Positions 19,991 to 30,161 of a DNA stretch of 35,909 nucleotides are shown in pieces. Location: contig JAERSX010000320.1 of NCBI GenBank assembly GCA_016845285.1, positions 1 through 35,909 of the forward strand. Direction: 5' to 3'. This DNA comes from Deltaproteobacteria bacterium. GTDB taxonomy: Bacteria; Myxococcota_A; UBA796; UBA2385. Below the pieces are notes generated by a model. It ran no database searches. It had not been told where the DNA came from and worked only from the letters and a program-made list of their open reading frames with translations. Position 1 is the stretch's first letter. Every line of letters starts with the position of its first letter. The position numbers and the translations under genes are program-made.

Positions 19991-20992
19991 ATGCCCCGGC
20001 GCCCCACCCTCTCCACCCAGGACCTCATCACCGGCGTGCGCGCCGGAGACCGCGCCATCCTGGGCCGCGCCATCAGCCTGGTCGAGTCCACCCACCCGGC
20101 CCATCGCGTCCAGGCCACGGCACTGCTCGACGCCCTGATGCCCCACACCGGTGGCGCCCAGCGCATCGGCCTGACCGGCGTGCCCGGCGCCGGCAAGAGC
20201 ACGCTCATCGACACCCTGGGCACCCGGCTGACCGCCGCTGGCCATCGGGTCGCCGTCATCGCCGTCGACCCCTCCAGCAGCCGCACCGGCGGCAGCATCT
20301 TGGGCGACAAGACCCGGATGCAGCGCCTGGGCGTAGACCCCATGGCCTTCATCCGCCCCTCTCCGGCGGCCGGCACGCTGGGCGGGGTGGCCCGCCGAAC
20401 CCGCGAGACCCTGCTGCTCTGCGAGGCCGCAGGCTTCGATGTGGTGCTCGTGGAGACGGTCGGCGTGGGCCAGAGCGAGACCGTCGTCGCAGACATGACC
20501 GACATCTTCGTGGTCTTGCTCATCGCCGGTGCCGGCGACGAGCTCCAGGGCATCAAGCGGGGGCTCATGGAGCGGGCCGACGTGCTCGTGGTGCACAAGT
20601 GCGACGGCGACAACATCGACGCCGCCCAGCGCGCCGCACACGAGCTTCGTCAGGCCGTGCGACTGCTGCACCCCGCGAGTGCGCCGTGGGTGCCGCCCGT
20701 GCTCACGGCCAGCGCCCTCGCCGACACCGGCCTGTCAGAGCTCTGGCAGACCATCGCCCGCTTCGGCGAGGAGGCCCGCGCCCGTGGCGAGCACGACACC
20801 CGTCGCACCGCCCAGCGCGCGCGCTGGATGTGGGATCTCGTCGAAGACGAGCTCATGAGGCGGCTCCGCTCCGATCCCACGGTGGCCTCCCGCCTGCCTC
20901 ACCTCGAAGAGGCCGTGGCCAGCGGCGTCCTCGCCCCCACCCACGCCGCCGAACAGCTGATCGCCGCCTTCCTGGCTGACCGCCAGGACTGA
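19991..20992 (+). CDS. meaB: Methylmalonyl-CoA mutase-associated GTPase MeaB
   Basis: GLTGVPGAGKST, AVDPSS, GGSILGDKTRM, ETVGVGQSE and GDELQGIKRG. Confidence 0.97.
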   Translation: MPRRPTLSTQDLITGVRAGDRAILGRAISLVESTHPAHRVQATALLDALMPHTGGAQRIGLTGVPGAGKSTLIDTLGTRLTAAGHRVAVIAVDPSSSRTGGSILGDKTRMQRLGVDPMAFIRPSPAAGTLGGVARRTRETLLLCEAAGFDVVLVETVGVGQSETVVADMTDIFVVLLIAGAGDELQGIKRGLMERADVLVVHKCDGDNIDAAQRAAHELRQAVRLLHPASAPWVPPVLTASALADTGLSELWQTIARFGEEARARGEHDTRRTAQRARWMWDLVEDELMRRLRSDPTVASRLPHLEEAVASGVLAPTHAAEQLIAAFLADRQD

Positions 20993-21027
20993 GACCGACG
21001 CCTGGACGGCCACGCTGCCCGGCACCA

Positions 21028-22215
21028 CTACTCGGTGGTCAGGGTGGTCACCGAGAGGCTGAGGTCGAAGCCGAGATCGGAGCTCGTGGACGTAGCCTGG
21101 TGGACCTCGACAGCGATGATGTTGCTGCCGTCCTTGAAGAGCGAGACGTCGACGTCGAAGCTCTCGTAGTCGTACTCGTCTTCGCTGCTGATGGCATCGA
21201 CCGCGTAGTCGTCGTAGGCGATGTCGCCGTCGGCGAGGTTGTCCCGAATGGCTTCCTCGCCGTTGATCCAGACGATGGCGGCGTCGTCGACCATGAGCTG
21301 GATCTCCGCCTGGGAGGGTGTGCCCGACACCGTGGTCCACTTGCGGAAGTAGGTGGTGGGGTTCTTGTCAGAGGAGTTCGAGCCGTAGGACACCGTCGTG
21401 GTCTCACGAGAGTCGCCGTAGCCCAGGGGCGCCGCGCCTTCCGACCAGGCGCTGTGGTCGTAGTCGGCCTCGCGCCACTCGGTGCCAAGGTCCACCCCCA
21501 GGTCGTTGTACATCCACGGCGAGCCCGCCTCGAGGACCTCCACCACCTCGATGGAGACGATGGCGTTGGAGCTGCCGGGGGTCCCCACCGGCATCTGCGC
21601 CCACTCGTCGGCGCCGTCGCTCACCCGGGCATGCGCCTCGTCACCGGAGAGCTGCGGGTAGACCACCCAGTCCACCGGCGTGCCGTCGTTCATGAAGAGC
21701 CCCACGCCCTCGCCGCTCGCACTGAGCCGGAAGGCGAGCTCGTCGTCGCTCAGCTCGTCGGCATCGGTGGCGTAGAGCAGCAGGTGCCCGCCCGCTTCGA
21801 GGATCAGGCCATCCGGCAGCACGTGCTTGTTCTTGTCGTCGTAGTCGTCCGACATCCACATGCCACCCAGGTCCACCGCCTCGTCACCGGTGTTGTGCAG
21901 CTCGAGCCAGTCCGGCTCGGGGAGGCTCGCGTGCTCCAGAGACCCCTCGTTGGCGGGCATGAGCTCGTTGATGACCACCGACGGTGGCTCGGGTGGCTCA
22001 CCGGAGTCTCCGTCGCCGCCAGTACCCGAGTCGCCGCCGGTGCCCGAGTCGTCGCCGGTGCCCGAGTCGTCGCCGGTGCCGTCACCTGCGCCAGAGTCAT
22101 CGCCGGAGCCTGACCCATCACCAGAGCCTGCACCGCCTCCCGTGGCGGCACCGGAGTCGGTGCCCCCCGCGGGTTGCGTTGGGGAACAGGCCAAGACGAA
22201 CAAGAGGAACAGCAC
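21028..22215 (-). CDS. Lipoprotein with lamin tail domain (LTD) and C-terminal galactose-binding-like jelly-roll domain
   Basis: Lipobox VLA-C, GDDSGT linker, LTD motifs VINELMP / DWLELHN / VDLGG...SDD / TPG. C-terminal W..G.APLGYG, TTYFRK, VDDAAIVWING and NIIAVEVHQ. Confidence 0.85.
   Translation of the reverse strand: MLFLLFVLACSPTQPAGGTDSGAATGGGAGSGDGSGSGDDSGAGDGTGDDSGTGDDSGTGGDSGTGGDGDSGEPPEPPSVVINELMPANEGSLEHASLPEPDWLELHNTGDEAVDLGGMWMSDDYDDKNKHVLPDGLILEAGGHLLLYATDADELSDDELAFRLSASGEGVGLFMNDGTPVDWVVYPQLSGDEAHARVSDGADEWAQMPVGTPGSSNAIVSIEVVEVLEAGSPWMYNDLGVDLGTEWREADYDHSAWSEGAAPLGYGDSRETTTVSYGSNSSDKNPTTYFRKWTTVSGTPSQAEIQLMVDDAAIVWINGEEAIRDNLADGDIAYDDYAVDAISSEDEYDYESFDVDVSLFKDGSNIIAVEVHQATSTSSDLGFDLSLSVTTLTTE
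22015..22110. repeat. 18-bp coding tandem repeat (GDDSGT/GGDSGT)
   Basis: Repeated ccggtgcccgagtcgtcg-type units. Confidence 0.8.
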
Positions 22216-22256
22216 GAATCACCACCGGGTCGCGTTCGGGATTCTAAGATGCCTCC

Positions 22257-24371
22257 ATGCGCAGCCCATGGGCCACCCTCCCGATCGTCTCGCTCATCAT
22301 GGTCGCCTCGGCGGCCTGCCGGGGGGGAACGCCACCGACAACCACGACTCCACCCCCCGGAGACACAGCCGCGCCAGACGACTCGGGCGGTGGTGACGAC
22401 GGGGGAGACGAGGGCGGCGGCGACGACAGCGCCGAGCCCGAGGTGTACGAAGACCTCGTGATCAACGAGCTCATGGCGGGCAACCGCTTCGCCGTGGCCG
22501 ACCCGCTGGGGGGCAGCGCAGACTGGCTGGAGATCTTCAACCCGGGCGACGAGGACGTGGACCTCGACGGCTGGGGTCTGCTCGTAGACGGCGCCGACGA
22601 TCCCTATCTGCTGGAAGATCTGACCGTCGGGGCCGGGGCGCATGTGGTGATCTGGGCCGACGACGCATCGGGTCTGGGCCCCGACCACACCGACTTCACC
22701 CTCGAGCTCGCCGGCGGTGAGCTGAGCCTGCTCGCTCCAGACGAGACCGTGAAGGACACGGTGAGCTGGCCGGTCCAGGCCACTGACATCTCCGCAGCCC
22801 GCGCCCCGGACGGCGCGGCGCACTGGTCGCTCACGGCCAGCCCCACACCCGGCAGCGCCAACGCCGAGGGCGACGGCCGTGAAGGAGGCACCTCAGACGG
22901 CACCTGCGCCCTGGACTCCGATCTCGACGATCCCTACTTCTGGGAGGGTGAGTCCATCGAATTCGGCCTGAGCTGCACCGCCGACCTCTCGGAGGAGGAG
23001 GTGGAGCTGGAGGTGGTGCTCGCCCCAGACAGCTCAGCCTTCGCCGACCAGCGCTTCACCATGGAGAGTGGCCCCAGCGACGGCGGCCGGGTCGACGTGA
23101 TCTTCAGCGCGCGCCCCGCCGACGCCCTGGACCAGATCCCCGAGGCCGCCACCGTCACCTTCTGGCTGGCCGACAACCCCGACCTGACCGACGCCGTCGA
23201 CCCCGTCCCCACCGAGTACACCGAGGAGTGGGGCCTGCCGGTCATCCACATCGAGACCGGAGTCGACTTCTCCCAGACCTATGTCGACGCCACCATCACC
23301 CACATGGGCACGGCCTACGACGCCGAGGTCAAGGTGCGCGGCGCGTCGAGCGTGAGCTACCCCAAGCAGAGCTACACCCTGGACTTCGACGACGAGGAGC
23401 TCAAGATCGAGGGCTGGGACAGCCGCGAGCACATCGTGCTGACCAGCACCTTCGACGACAACAGCTACGTGCGCCAGAAGCTCGTCTTCGACATGTGGCA
23501 GGCCATGGCCGAGTACTGGGGCACGCTGCGTCTGACCCCTCGCACCTTCTTCGCGGTCGTCTACCTCGAGGGCGCGTACCACGGCCTGTACATCGCCACC
23601 GACCATGTGGACGAGGAGTTCGCCGTGGCCCTGGGCTTCGACTCGGGGGGCAACCTCTACAAGTCCGTCAGCCACGACGCCAACTTCTACAACACCGACG
23701 CCAACGGCTACGTCAAGAGCAGCTGGCACGACGGCTACGAGAAGAAGGAAGGCGATGATCTCGATGACTTCGACGACCTCGACGAGTGGGTCGAGTGGGT
23801 CGCAACCAACGATGCCGAGACCATCGTCGACGAGGCGGGCCGCCGCTTCTCGTTGACCGAGTTCATGGACTGGTTCCTGCTCGTCCACTTCACCGAGTGC
23901 CAGGACTCCGCCGGCAAGAACGCCTACTTCTACAACGTGGACGAGGGCGCCCCCGCCTTCCGTCTGACCCCCTGGGACTTCAACGCCGCCTTCGGCCAGA
24001 ACTGGTACACGCGCCGCGTCGACTCCGACTACCTGCAGACCTACGAGTGGCACAACCGGATCTTCTGGGCCATCGCCAACGTGGAGTCGGCCGACACCGA
24101 GCGCTGGGAGCGCTACGCCGCCATGCGCACCGACGGGCCGCTGAGTCCCGAGTGGCTGAAGGGCACCATCGACGCCTACTACGACGACATCCACCCTTCG
24201 GCCGAGCGCGACTGGGCGAAGTGGGGCGACCAGTACTACAGCTTCAGCCGCTGGGCGAGCACGCGCAACAGCGACGCCGACTGGACCGACTACGAGGGCG
24301 AGCGGGCCTATCTGGACACCTGGATCGACGAGCGGATCACCCTGTTCGATGAGGATCACCCTCTTGAATAG
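22257..24371 (+). CDS. LTD + CotH kinase family lipoprotein (CotH-1)
   Basis: Lipobox SAA-C. LTD: VINELMA, DWLEIFN, TPG. CotH: KVRGASS...PKQSY, DNSYVRQ, GLY, GNLYK, DSAGKNAY and TPWDFN. Confidence 0.9.
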   Translation: MRSPWATLPIVSLIMVASAACRGGTPPTTTTPPPGDTAAPDDSGGGDDGGDEGGGDDSAEPEVYEDLVINELMAGNRFAVADPLGGSADWLEIFNPGDEDVDLDGWGLLVDGADDPYLLEDLTVGAGAHVVIWADDASGLGPDHTDFTLELAGGELSLLAPDETVKDTVSWPVQATDISAARAPDGAAHWSLTASPTPGSANAEGDGREGGTSDGTCALDSDLDDPYFWEGESIEFGLSCTADLSEEEVELEVVLAPDSSAFADQRFTMESGPSDGGRVDVIFSARPADALDQIPEAATVTFWLADNPDLTDAVDPVPTEYTEEWGLPVIHIETGVDFSQTYVDATITHMGTAYDAEVKVRGASSVSYPKQSYTLDFDDEELKIEGWDSREHIVLTSTFDDNSYVRQKLVFDMWQAMAEYWGTLRLTPRTFFAVVYLEGAYHGLYIATDHVDEEFAVALGFDSGGNLYKSVSHDANFYNTDANGYVKSSWHDGYEKKEGDDLDDFDDLDEWVEWVATNDAETIVDEAGRRFSLTEFMDWFLLVHFTECQDSAGKNAYFYNVDEGAPAFRLTPWDFNAAFGQNWYTRRVDSDYLQTYEWHNRIFWAIANVESADTERWERYAAMRTDGPLSPEWLKGTIDAYYDDIHPSAERDWAKWGDQYYSFSRWASTRNSDADWTDYEGERAYLDTWIDERITLFDEDHPLE

Positions 24372-26088
24372 CGCACCCTCGACACTGCTCGCGCTCCTGC
24401 TGATCGCCTGCAGCGGCACGTCAGAGGACCGGCCCGGTGCGGGTCCCGGGGACGCAGGCGACGGTGGCAACGAGGGGGGCGACACCGATCCCGGGGACAC
24501 CGACGAGGGGGGCGACGGCTACGACACAGGCCCCATCGAGCAGGTGCCCGGTGGCGACGGCGAGGTGATCTTCGAGCCCGACGGTGGTGGCTTCCTCTAC
24601 GAGGTGGACGTGAGCCTGCGCTCCTCGACGGGCACAGGCGAGCTCTGGTACTGCCTCGCGCCTCCCACCGAGGACGACTGCAGCTTCCGCGAGTACGACG
24701 AGCCCTTCGAGCTGGACGAGTCCATGGTCGTGCACGCGCAGCTCCGCATCGGAGGCGCAGCCGACGAGACCGTGGCCCGCGCCTTCTTCGAGGTGGACGA
24801 CGAGCTCGCGGACTGGGACACCAACGTTCCCCTCATGGTGCTCTGGAGCGACGACGACAAGCCGTCCAGCACCTCCGATCGGGTGCCCTTCGCTGTCACG
24901 GTGATCGATGCTGACGGCGGGCGCATCGGCCTGACCGACGAGCCCGAGAGCAGCGGCCGTGGGCGCATCCGCCTCCGTGGCTCGTCTTCATCGAGCTTCA
25001 GCAAGCCCAGCTACGACCTCGAGCTCTGGGCCGCAGACTCCGACGATGACCGCCCCGAAGAGATGCTCGGGATGCCCAAGGACGGCGACTGGGTGCTCTA
25101 CGGCCCGTACTACTACGACGACGGACTCATCCGGAACGCCCTGGCCTACCAGCTCAGCAACGACGTGGGTCGCTACGCCTCGCGCACCCGCTTCGTGGAG
25201 GTCTTCCTCGCCGAGGATGGCCGGTCCGTTCGCGAGCGGAACTACATGGGCGTCTACACCCTCGTCGAAGAGATCGAGCGCGGGGCCGATCGGGTGGACG
25301 TGACCGAGCTCACCCCGGACGACGTGGACCAGCCAGAGCTCACCGGCGGCTACGTCTTCAAGCGCGACCGCCCCGACGACGACGACAGCAGCCTGAGCTG
25401 CGGCTCGGCAGGCGGCGCCATCTACTTCGAGTACGGCCTGCAGGCCGTCGACCCCGAGGAGCACGAGCTCGTCGACGTCCAGCTGTCCTATGTGGACGGC
25501 TTGTGCGATGCCCTGGGCTACGCGACGGTCTCCGACGACTTCACCGACCCCGCCAGCGGCCTGCACTACACCGACATCATCGACGTCGACTCCTTCATCG
25601 ATCACCACATCATCAACGTGATCATGAAGAACCCCGACTCCTTCCGGCTGAGCGGCTACCTCCACAAAGACCGCGACGGCCTCATCCAGGCCGGCCCCGT
25701 CTGGGACTTCGACCGGGCCTCGGCCTCGGCCGACTACCGCAGCAGCTACCCCACCTGGTGGGACGCTTGGAACCAGACCTCGGACTGCACCCCCGTCTTC
25801 GAGTACGGCTGGTACGAAGGGCTGTTCAACGATCCCGAGTTCTCGGACGCCTACTGGACCCGCTTCGAGGAGCTCCTCGACGGACCGCTGAGCGCCGAGG
25901 CCATCGACGCCCACATCGTGGACATGGCGGACCAGCTCGACGAGGCGGCCGACCGCAACGCCGACACCTGGAGCTCGCGCAACTTCGACGACGAGACCGC
26001 GCTGATCCGCGACTGGATGCAGACCCGGGTCGCCTGGATCGGCGACTGCATCGCCACCTACGAGAACCCTCAGAGCTGCCCTGGCTGA
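24364..26088 (+). CDS. CotH kinase family lipoprotein with Fn3-associated/CHB_HEX_C-like domain (CotH-2)
   Basis: Probable TTG start at 24364 after GAGGA (alternative ATG at 24349). Lipobox LIA-C. RLRGSSS...KPSY, LGMPKDGDWVL, LIRNALAY, YMGVYTLVEEI and GPVWDFD. Confidence 0.9.
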   Translation: MNSAPSTLLALLLIACSGTSEDRPGAGPGDAGDGGNEGGDTDPGDTDEGGDGYDTGPIEQVPGGDGEVIFEPDGGGFLYEVDVSLRSSTGTGELWYCLAPPTEDDCSFREYDEPFELDESMVVHAQLRIGGAADETVARAFFEVDDELADWDTNVPLMVLWSDDDKPSSTSDRVPFAVTVIDADGGRIGLTDEPESSGRGRIRLRGSSSSSFSKPSYDLELWAADSDDDRPEEMLGMPKDGDWVLYGPYYYDDGLIRNALAYQLSNDVGRYASRTRFVEVFLAEDGRSVRERNYMGVYTLVEEIERGADRVDVTELTPDDVDQPELTGGYVFKRDRPDDDDSSLSCGSAGGAIYFEYGLQAVDPEEHELVDVQLSYVDGLCDALGYATVSDDFTDPASGLHYTDIIDVDSFIDHHIINVIMKNPDSFRLSGYLHKDRDGLIQAGPVWDFDRASASADYRSSYPTWWDAWNQTSDCTPVFEYGWYEGLFNDPEFSDAYWTRFEELLDGPLSAEAIDAHIVDMADQLDEAADRNADTWSSRNFDDETALIRDWMQTRVAWIGDCIATYENPQSCPG

Positions 26089-27302
26089 GGGCGCAGGCCT
26101 TCGCGGCGACGACGCGCCAGGAAGACCGGCAGCAGCCACCACAGGCTCGCCGCACCGCTGTTGCAGCCGCAGCCGCCCGGATCTGCCGGCGTGAGGGCGC
26201 CACCGCCGCTGTCGCCATCCGCGGTGCCGGTCCCGCCGTCGTCACCGGTGCCGCTCCCGCCGTCGTCCCCCGGCCCCGAGTCCCCGCTGTCGCCCGCCGG
26301 CGACGTGTCCTCGCTGGTGTCGGTCCCGCCCGTGTCGATGGGACCCCAGTCCACCTCGGCCGCGCAGCCCTCGAACTCTTCGCTCTCGACGCAGGGCACC
26401 TCCGCGATGAGCATGGGCACACCCTCGGTGGTGGTGAGCAGGCCGCCCTCGTGTCGATAGGCGATGGACTCGCCCTGGCCCTGCTCGTGGAGCATCACGC
26501 GGGTGGGAATCTCCCCCCAGTGAGCGTCGGGATCGTCGGGATCGGTGACCCACTCCCAGCCGCTGTCGTAGTTCCGTGCGATGAAGCGATCGCCCGCCGG
26601 CGACCAGTCCGCGCCCGTGAACGCACCCGGAGACGGCCACTCACCCACCGCCAGCTCGGTGAGCACCTCCACCTCTGCGGTCGCGTCGAGGCCCGTGGGC
26701 TCGAGGGGGGCACGGGCCACCCGCGGGGCGTCCTCCGACTCCATCCGCTCCTTGGTGACCAGGTAGATCTGCCCGGTGCAGGGATGCACCGCCACCGCCT
26801 CGGTGTCGCGCGGCGACTCGGGCCAGGTCAGCCTCCAGGTCGCCAACACCGGCGCGTCCTCACCCTCACCGGGCTCGGCGACCACGTAGATCTGCACCTC
26901 TTCGCGGGTACGGGCGTTGTCTCCTACGTCTGCGATGTAGAGGCAGTGCTCGGCATCGGATCCCTCGGGGCAGGGCCCATAGGACAGGTCCTCCCAGTCC
27001 TGGAATTCGGCGTCGGTGACCACGTGGGTATCGACGTGTTCGCCGCTGAGGTCGAAGGCATGGAGCACGGCGACGCCGCCTGCATCGTTGTGGCTGAACC
27101 AGATGCCACGCCGGGTCCGCGACCACGCGATGCCGCTGCTCTCGTTGATCTCCTCGGCCATGCACTCGCTGACCAGGGCCGCGGCGTCGTAGGAAGTGCA
27201 GGTGGTCGCCTCGCTGGGAGCACTCCAAGCAAGCGATCCCAAGACCGCCAGCACGGTCCTCGGCACCCTAGGGCCCGCATCTTTCCTCGACCACACGGGC
27301 AT
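26070..27302 (-). CDS. Secreted phytase/SdiA-regulated-like beta-propeller protein with MYXO-CTERM anchor
   Basis: ESSG, FSHND, DWED, LYIADVGDN, DTEA and GESI motifs, an acidic G/D/S/T linker, and C-terminal GGCGC + hydrophobic stretch + RRRR. Start could be a later GTG. Confidence 0.8.
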   Translation of the reverse strand: MPVWSRKDAGPRVPRTVLAVLGSLAWSAPSEATTCTSYDAAALVSECMAEEINESSGIAWSRTRRGIWFSHNDAGGVAVLHAFDLSGEHVDTHVVTDAEFQDWEDLSYGPCPEGSDAEHCLYIADVGDNARTREEVQIYVVAEPGEGEDAPVLATWRLTWPESPRDTEAVAVHPCTGQIYLVTKERMESEDAPRVARAPLEPTGLDATAEVEVLTELAVGEWPSPGAFTGADWSPAGDRFIARNYDSGWEWVTDPDDPDAHWGEIPTRVMLHEQGQGESIAYRHEGGLLTTTEGVPMLIAEVPCVESEEFEGCAAEVDWGPIDTGGTDTSEDTSPAGDSGDSGPGDDGGSGTGDDGGTGTADGDSGGGALTPADPGGCGCNSGAASLWWLLPVFLARRRREGLRPQPGQL

Positions 27303-27460
27303 TCACTTCCCACGTCACCTGACGGCCATCTTACCGCCACTGCCCCGCCAGTGATGTAAAGTAGCGGCTGATGGTTCTCAGACCCCCTTTCCGGCAACGT
27401 ACCGGTCATCGACGTCTACGTCGTCGGCCCGCGTCGACGACCGCAGCCCTGGAGGATGAC

Positions 27461-28324
27461 GTGGGTCACGGTCTCCTCGGTGCGTTGATGCTCGGACTTG
27501 CCGCCTGCGGCGACGACTCGGGGGAGTGCGAGAACTGGGGTGAGCCGGTCTCCACGGGCACCTTGGCCAGCGCGGAGATCTCCGAGGCGAGCGGGCTGGT
27601 GGCCAGTCGGATCCATGACGACCTCTTCTGGACCCACAACGACGCCGGCGACGGCGCACGGCTCTTCGCCCTCGACAGCAGCGGCGCCCACGAAGGCACC
27701 GTCGACTTCTCCGACGAGGACGCCAAGGACTGGGAGGACATCGCAGCCGGAGTGGGTGCCGACGGCAACCCCTGGCTCTACATCGGCGACATCGGCGACA
27801 ACGACCTGAGCCGCGACGAGATCCGTGTGTGGCGCACCGCCGAGCCCTCCGACCCGAAAGATGACGGCATCGAGCTGGACAAGCTCGACCTGAGCTACCC
27901 GGACGGCCCTCACGACGCCGAGACCCTGCTCTTCGATCCGCGAGACAACACCCTGTACGTGATCACCAAGTCCGACGGCGATCAGGCAGAGGTCTACGCC
28001 GTCGACGCGCATGCCGAGGACGATCAGGAGCTCGAGCACGTGGCCAGCATCGACCTGGTGGCGCGTGGACTTGCCGACGATGCGGCGCTCACGGGCGGTG
28101 ACATCTCGGCGGCCGGCGACTGGATCCTGCTGCGCACGCAAGGCCAGGTCTTCGCCTGGGCACGCGCTGCGGGAAGCACCCTGGCCGAGACCCTCGACCT
28201 CGAACCCTGCCTGGCACCCACGCCCACCCAGGACAATGGCGAGTCACTTGCCATGGACGGCGATAGCTACTTCACCGTCGGCGAAGGCACTGGTGCCCCG
28301 GTCTGGCAAGCGAGTCCTCCATGA
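27461..28324 (+). CDS. Lipoprotein paralog of the phytase/SdiA-regulated-like propeller
   Basis: GGAGG RBS with GTG 27461. Lipobox LAA-C. EASG, WTHND, DWED, LYIGDIGDN, DAET and GESL. ATGA overlap with the next gene. Confidence 0.85.
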   Translation: MGHGLLGALMLGLAACGDDSGECENWGEPVSTGTLASAEISEASGLVASRIHDDLFWTHNDAGDGARLFALDSSGAHEGTVDFSDEDAKDWEDIAAGVGADGNPWLYIGDIGDNDLSRDEIRVWRTAEPSDPKDDGIELDKLDLSYPDGPHDAETLLFDPRDNTLYVITKSDGDQAEVYAVDAHAEDDQELEHVASIDLVARGLADDAALTGGDISAAGDWILLRTQGQVFAWARAAGSTLAETLDLEPCLAPTPTQDNGESLAMDGDSYFTVGEGTGAPVWQASPP

Positions 28325-29343
28325 GCAAGCTGAAGGCAGGCCGAGCCATCGCAGGTGCGCTCGCGCTCATGGGCCTCGTGGCCATGGGGCTCAGCTCCAT
28401 GTCGGCCTCGGTGGTCACCGGCCCCGGCGTGGTCGACGCCACCACCACCTGGAAGGTTCGCGTCACCGGCGACGGGCGCTACCGCTGGACGCTGGAGGAA
28501 GGCCGCACCCCCCAGGGTCACGCCGTCGTGTCCGAGGGCGTCATGCAGTCCGAGCGCGGCGACCCCATGGTGCTCACCCTCGAAGCGGGCGTGGCTCCCG
28601 GTGCCACCATCGCCCAGAATCAGCCGCTGGCCCGCCTCCACTCCACCACCGCCCACGAACAGCTCCAAGCCCTCGAGGCCGAGCGCGCCCTCCTCCTCGC
28701 AGAGCAGGAGCTCCTGGCGGCTGGCGGCCGCCCCGAGGTGGTACGGGCAGCCGAGCAGGCCGTGGCTGTCGCCGAAGGCCGCCTCGAGATCGCCGAAGCC
28801 CAGGCCGAGCACATCTCCACCCTGGCCGACGACGGCGCGTCCTCCCGCTACGAAGCCGAGGAGGCCACGCGCCTTGCCTCGGTGGCCGACGCGGAGCTCG
28901 CCCTTGCGCAAGCCAAGCTCGACGAAGCCCGTCGTCCCGCCATGAGCGCCGAGTCCGAGGCCCTCGTCGCCCGCGTCAACGCCGTCGATGCGCGCCTGAC
29001 AGCAGCCCGGGCACGCGCCGAGCAGCAGGTGCTCGCTGCACCCTTCGCCGGCGAGCTGTCCATGCCTGGCGGCGACATCGCCCTTCAGGTCCACGCCGCT
29101 GGGCCCCGGCTCCTGCGCGTGGCCGTCGCCGAGTCCGAGCGTCGCCACGTGTCCCCCGGCAACATGGTCTCCTTCATCCCCACCGCCAACCCCGACAACC
29201 TCCACCAGGGCAAGGTGCTCGCCGTCGACAGCGCCGCGCGCTCCTTCGGCGGACAGACGGTCGTGTGGGTGGTGGCCGAGCTCGACGACTCCCTTCCCGT
29301 CGGGGCCACTGGCTCCGCAGCCGTCTCCAGGACGAAGGGATGA
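28321..29343 (+). CDS. HlyD-like periplasmic adaptor (membrane fusion protein)
   Basis: N-terminal TM anchor, lipoyl-like half motifs (GATIAQNQPLARL; LAAPFAG) flanking a long Ala/Glu-rich helical hairpin, and a C-terminal beta-barrel (LPVGATG). Confidence 0.8.
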   Translation: MSKLKAGRAIAGALALMGLVAMGLSSMSASVVTGPGVVDATTTWKVRVTGDGRYRWTLEEGRTPQGHAVVSEGVMQSERGDPMVLTLEAGVAPGATIAQNQPLARLHSTTAHEQLQALEAERALLLAEQELLAAGGRPEVVRAAEQAVAVAEGRLEIAEAQAEHISTLADDGASSRYEAEEATRLASVADAELALAQAKLDEARRPAMSAESEALVARVNAVDARLTAARARAEQQVLAAPFAGELSMPGGDIALQVHAAGPRLLRVAVAESERRHVSPGNMVSFIPTANPDNLHQGKVLAVDSAARSFGGQTVVWVVAELDDSLPVGATGSAAVSRTKG

Positions 29344-30161
29344 GCGGAGAGGGGCGGCGAGAGCTCAAGTACATCATCCACGAGGACCAGCGTGCCAAGG
29401 TCCTCGACATCGCGCGGAACGCCGTCTCCGCCGACGAGCACGCAGGCGTGCTCACCGACTACATCTCCGATGGCTTCCGCGGCCCGGACGGCGAGCTCGC
29501 CAAGGGCTACCGCGTCAACACCCTCTACATCGACACCCCGGACCTGCGGACCTACACGCAGCGGCTGCGGAGCGCCCACATCCGCAACGTCGTTCGCATC
29601 CGCACCTACGGCGAGCCGGGCGACGTCACCCCGGTCTTCATCGAGTCCAAGCGAAAGCTCCGCGACCGCGTGGTCAAGCACCGCGCGCTCGTCTGCAATG
29701 CGCAGGAGTGGGCGGCCGCCGACGCCGCACACCCGTGGGAGACCATCCTCCCGCCCCTCGAGGGCGCCTTGGGCCGAAAGGCGCAGCGCTGGCTCGCTCA
29801 CACGCGCCGCGACAAGCTCGACACCGTGTTGACCGTGCACTACGTCCGCGAGGTCTACACCGAGGGGCGCTCGCGCCTCACCATCGATCACCTCGTGAGC
29901 GCCACAGGAAAGCAGGATCCCACCTTCCTGCAAGGACCCGGCCTCACCCGCCTCATTCCCCAAGGCTTCCTCGTGCTCGAGCTCAAATTCGACATCCGCA
30001 AGCCCGCTTGGATGAGAGACATCTGCAGCGAGCTGAACCTCGTCGAGGAGCCCGTCTCCAAGTACGGCCTCGGCGTGGCTCACACCGTGCGGACCGATCG
30101 TGTGGGTGAGCGCAAGTACATCACCCCGCCCACCTTGACCCGTGCGGGGCGCGCCGCGTGA
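29340..30161 (+). CDS. VTC-domain (polyphosphate polymerase / CYTH-TTM fold) protein
   Basis: ATG 29340 overlaps the HlyD stop. RRELKY, YRVNTLYIDT, VRIRTY, FIESKRK, YVREVY, RLTID, VLELKF and SKY motifs. Confidence 0.92.
   Translation: MSGEGRRELKYIIHEDQRAKVLDIARNAVSADEHAGVLTDYISDGFRGPDGELAKGYRVNTLYIDTPDLRTYTQRLRSAHIRNVVRIRTYGEPGDVTPVFIESKRKLRDRVVKHRALVCNAQEWAAADAAHPWETILPPLEGALGRKAQRWLAHTRRDKLDTVLTVHYVREVYTEGRSRLTIDHLVSATGKQDPTFLQGPGLTRLIPQGFLVLELKFDIRKPAWMRDICSELNLVEEPVSKYGLGVAHTVRTDRVGERKYITPPTLTRAGRAA

Noticed and set aside
19823..20671. N-terminal extension of the DUF2141 ORF; likewise 12436..12672 and 30142..30870 extensions
   Set aside because: They overlap real genes (meaB, cytochrome, DUF4956). 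Downstream starts with RBS and signal peptides fit better.
28011..29339. Apparent 716-aa VTC fusion protein
   Set aside because: The N-terminal 443 codons are Arg/Pro-rich off-frame sequence overlapping the propeller and HlyD genes. The real start is ATG 29340.
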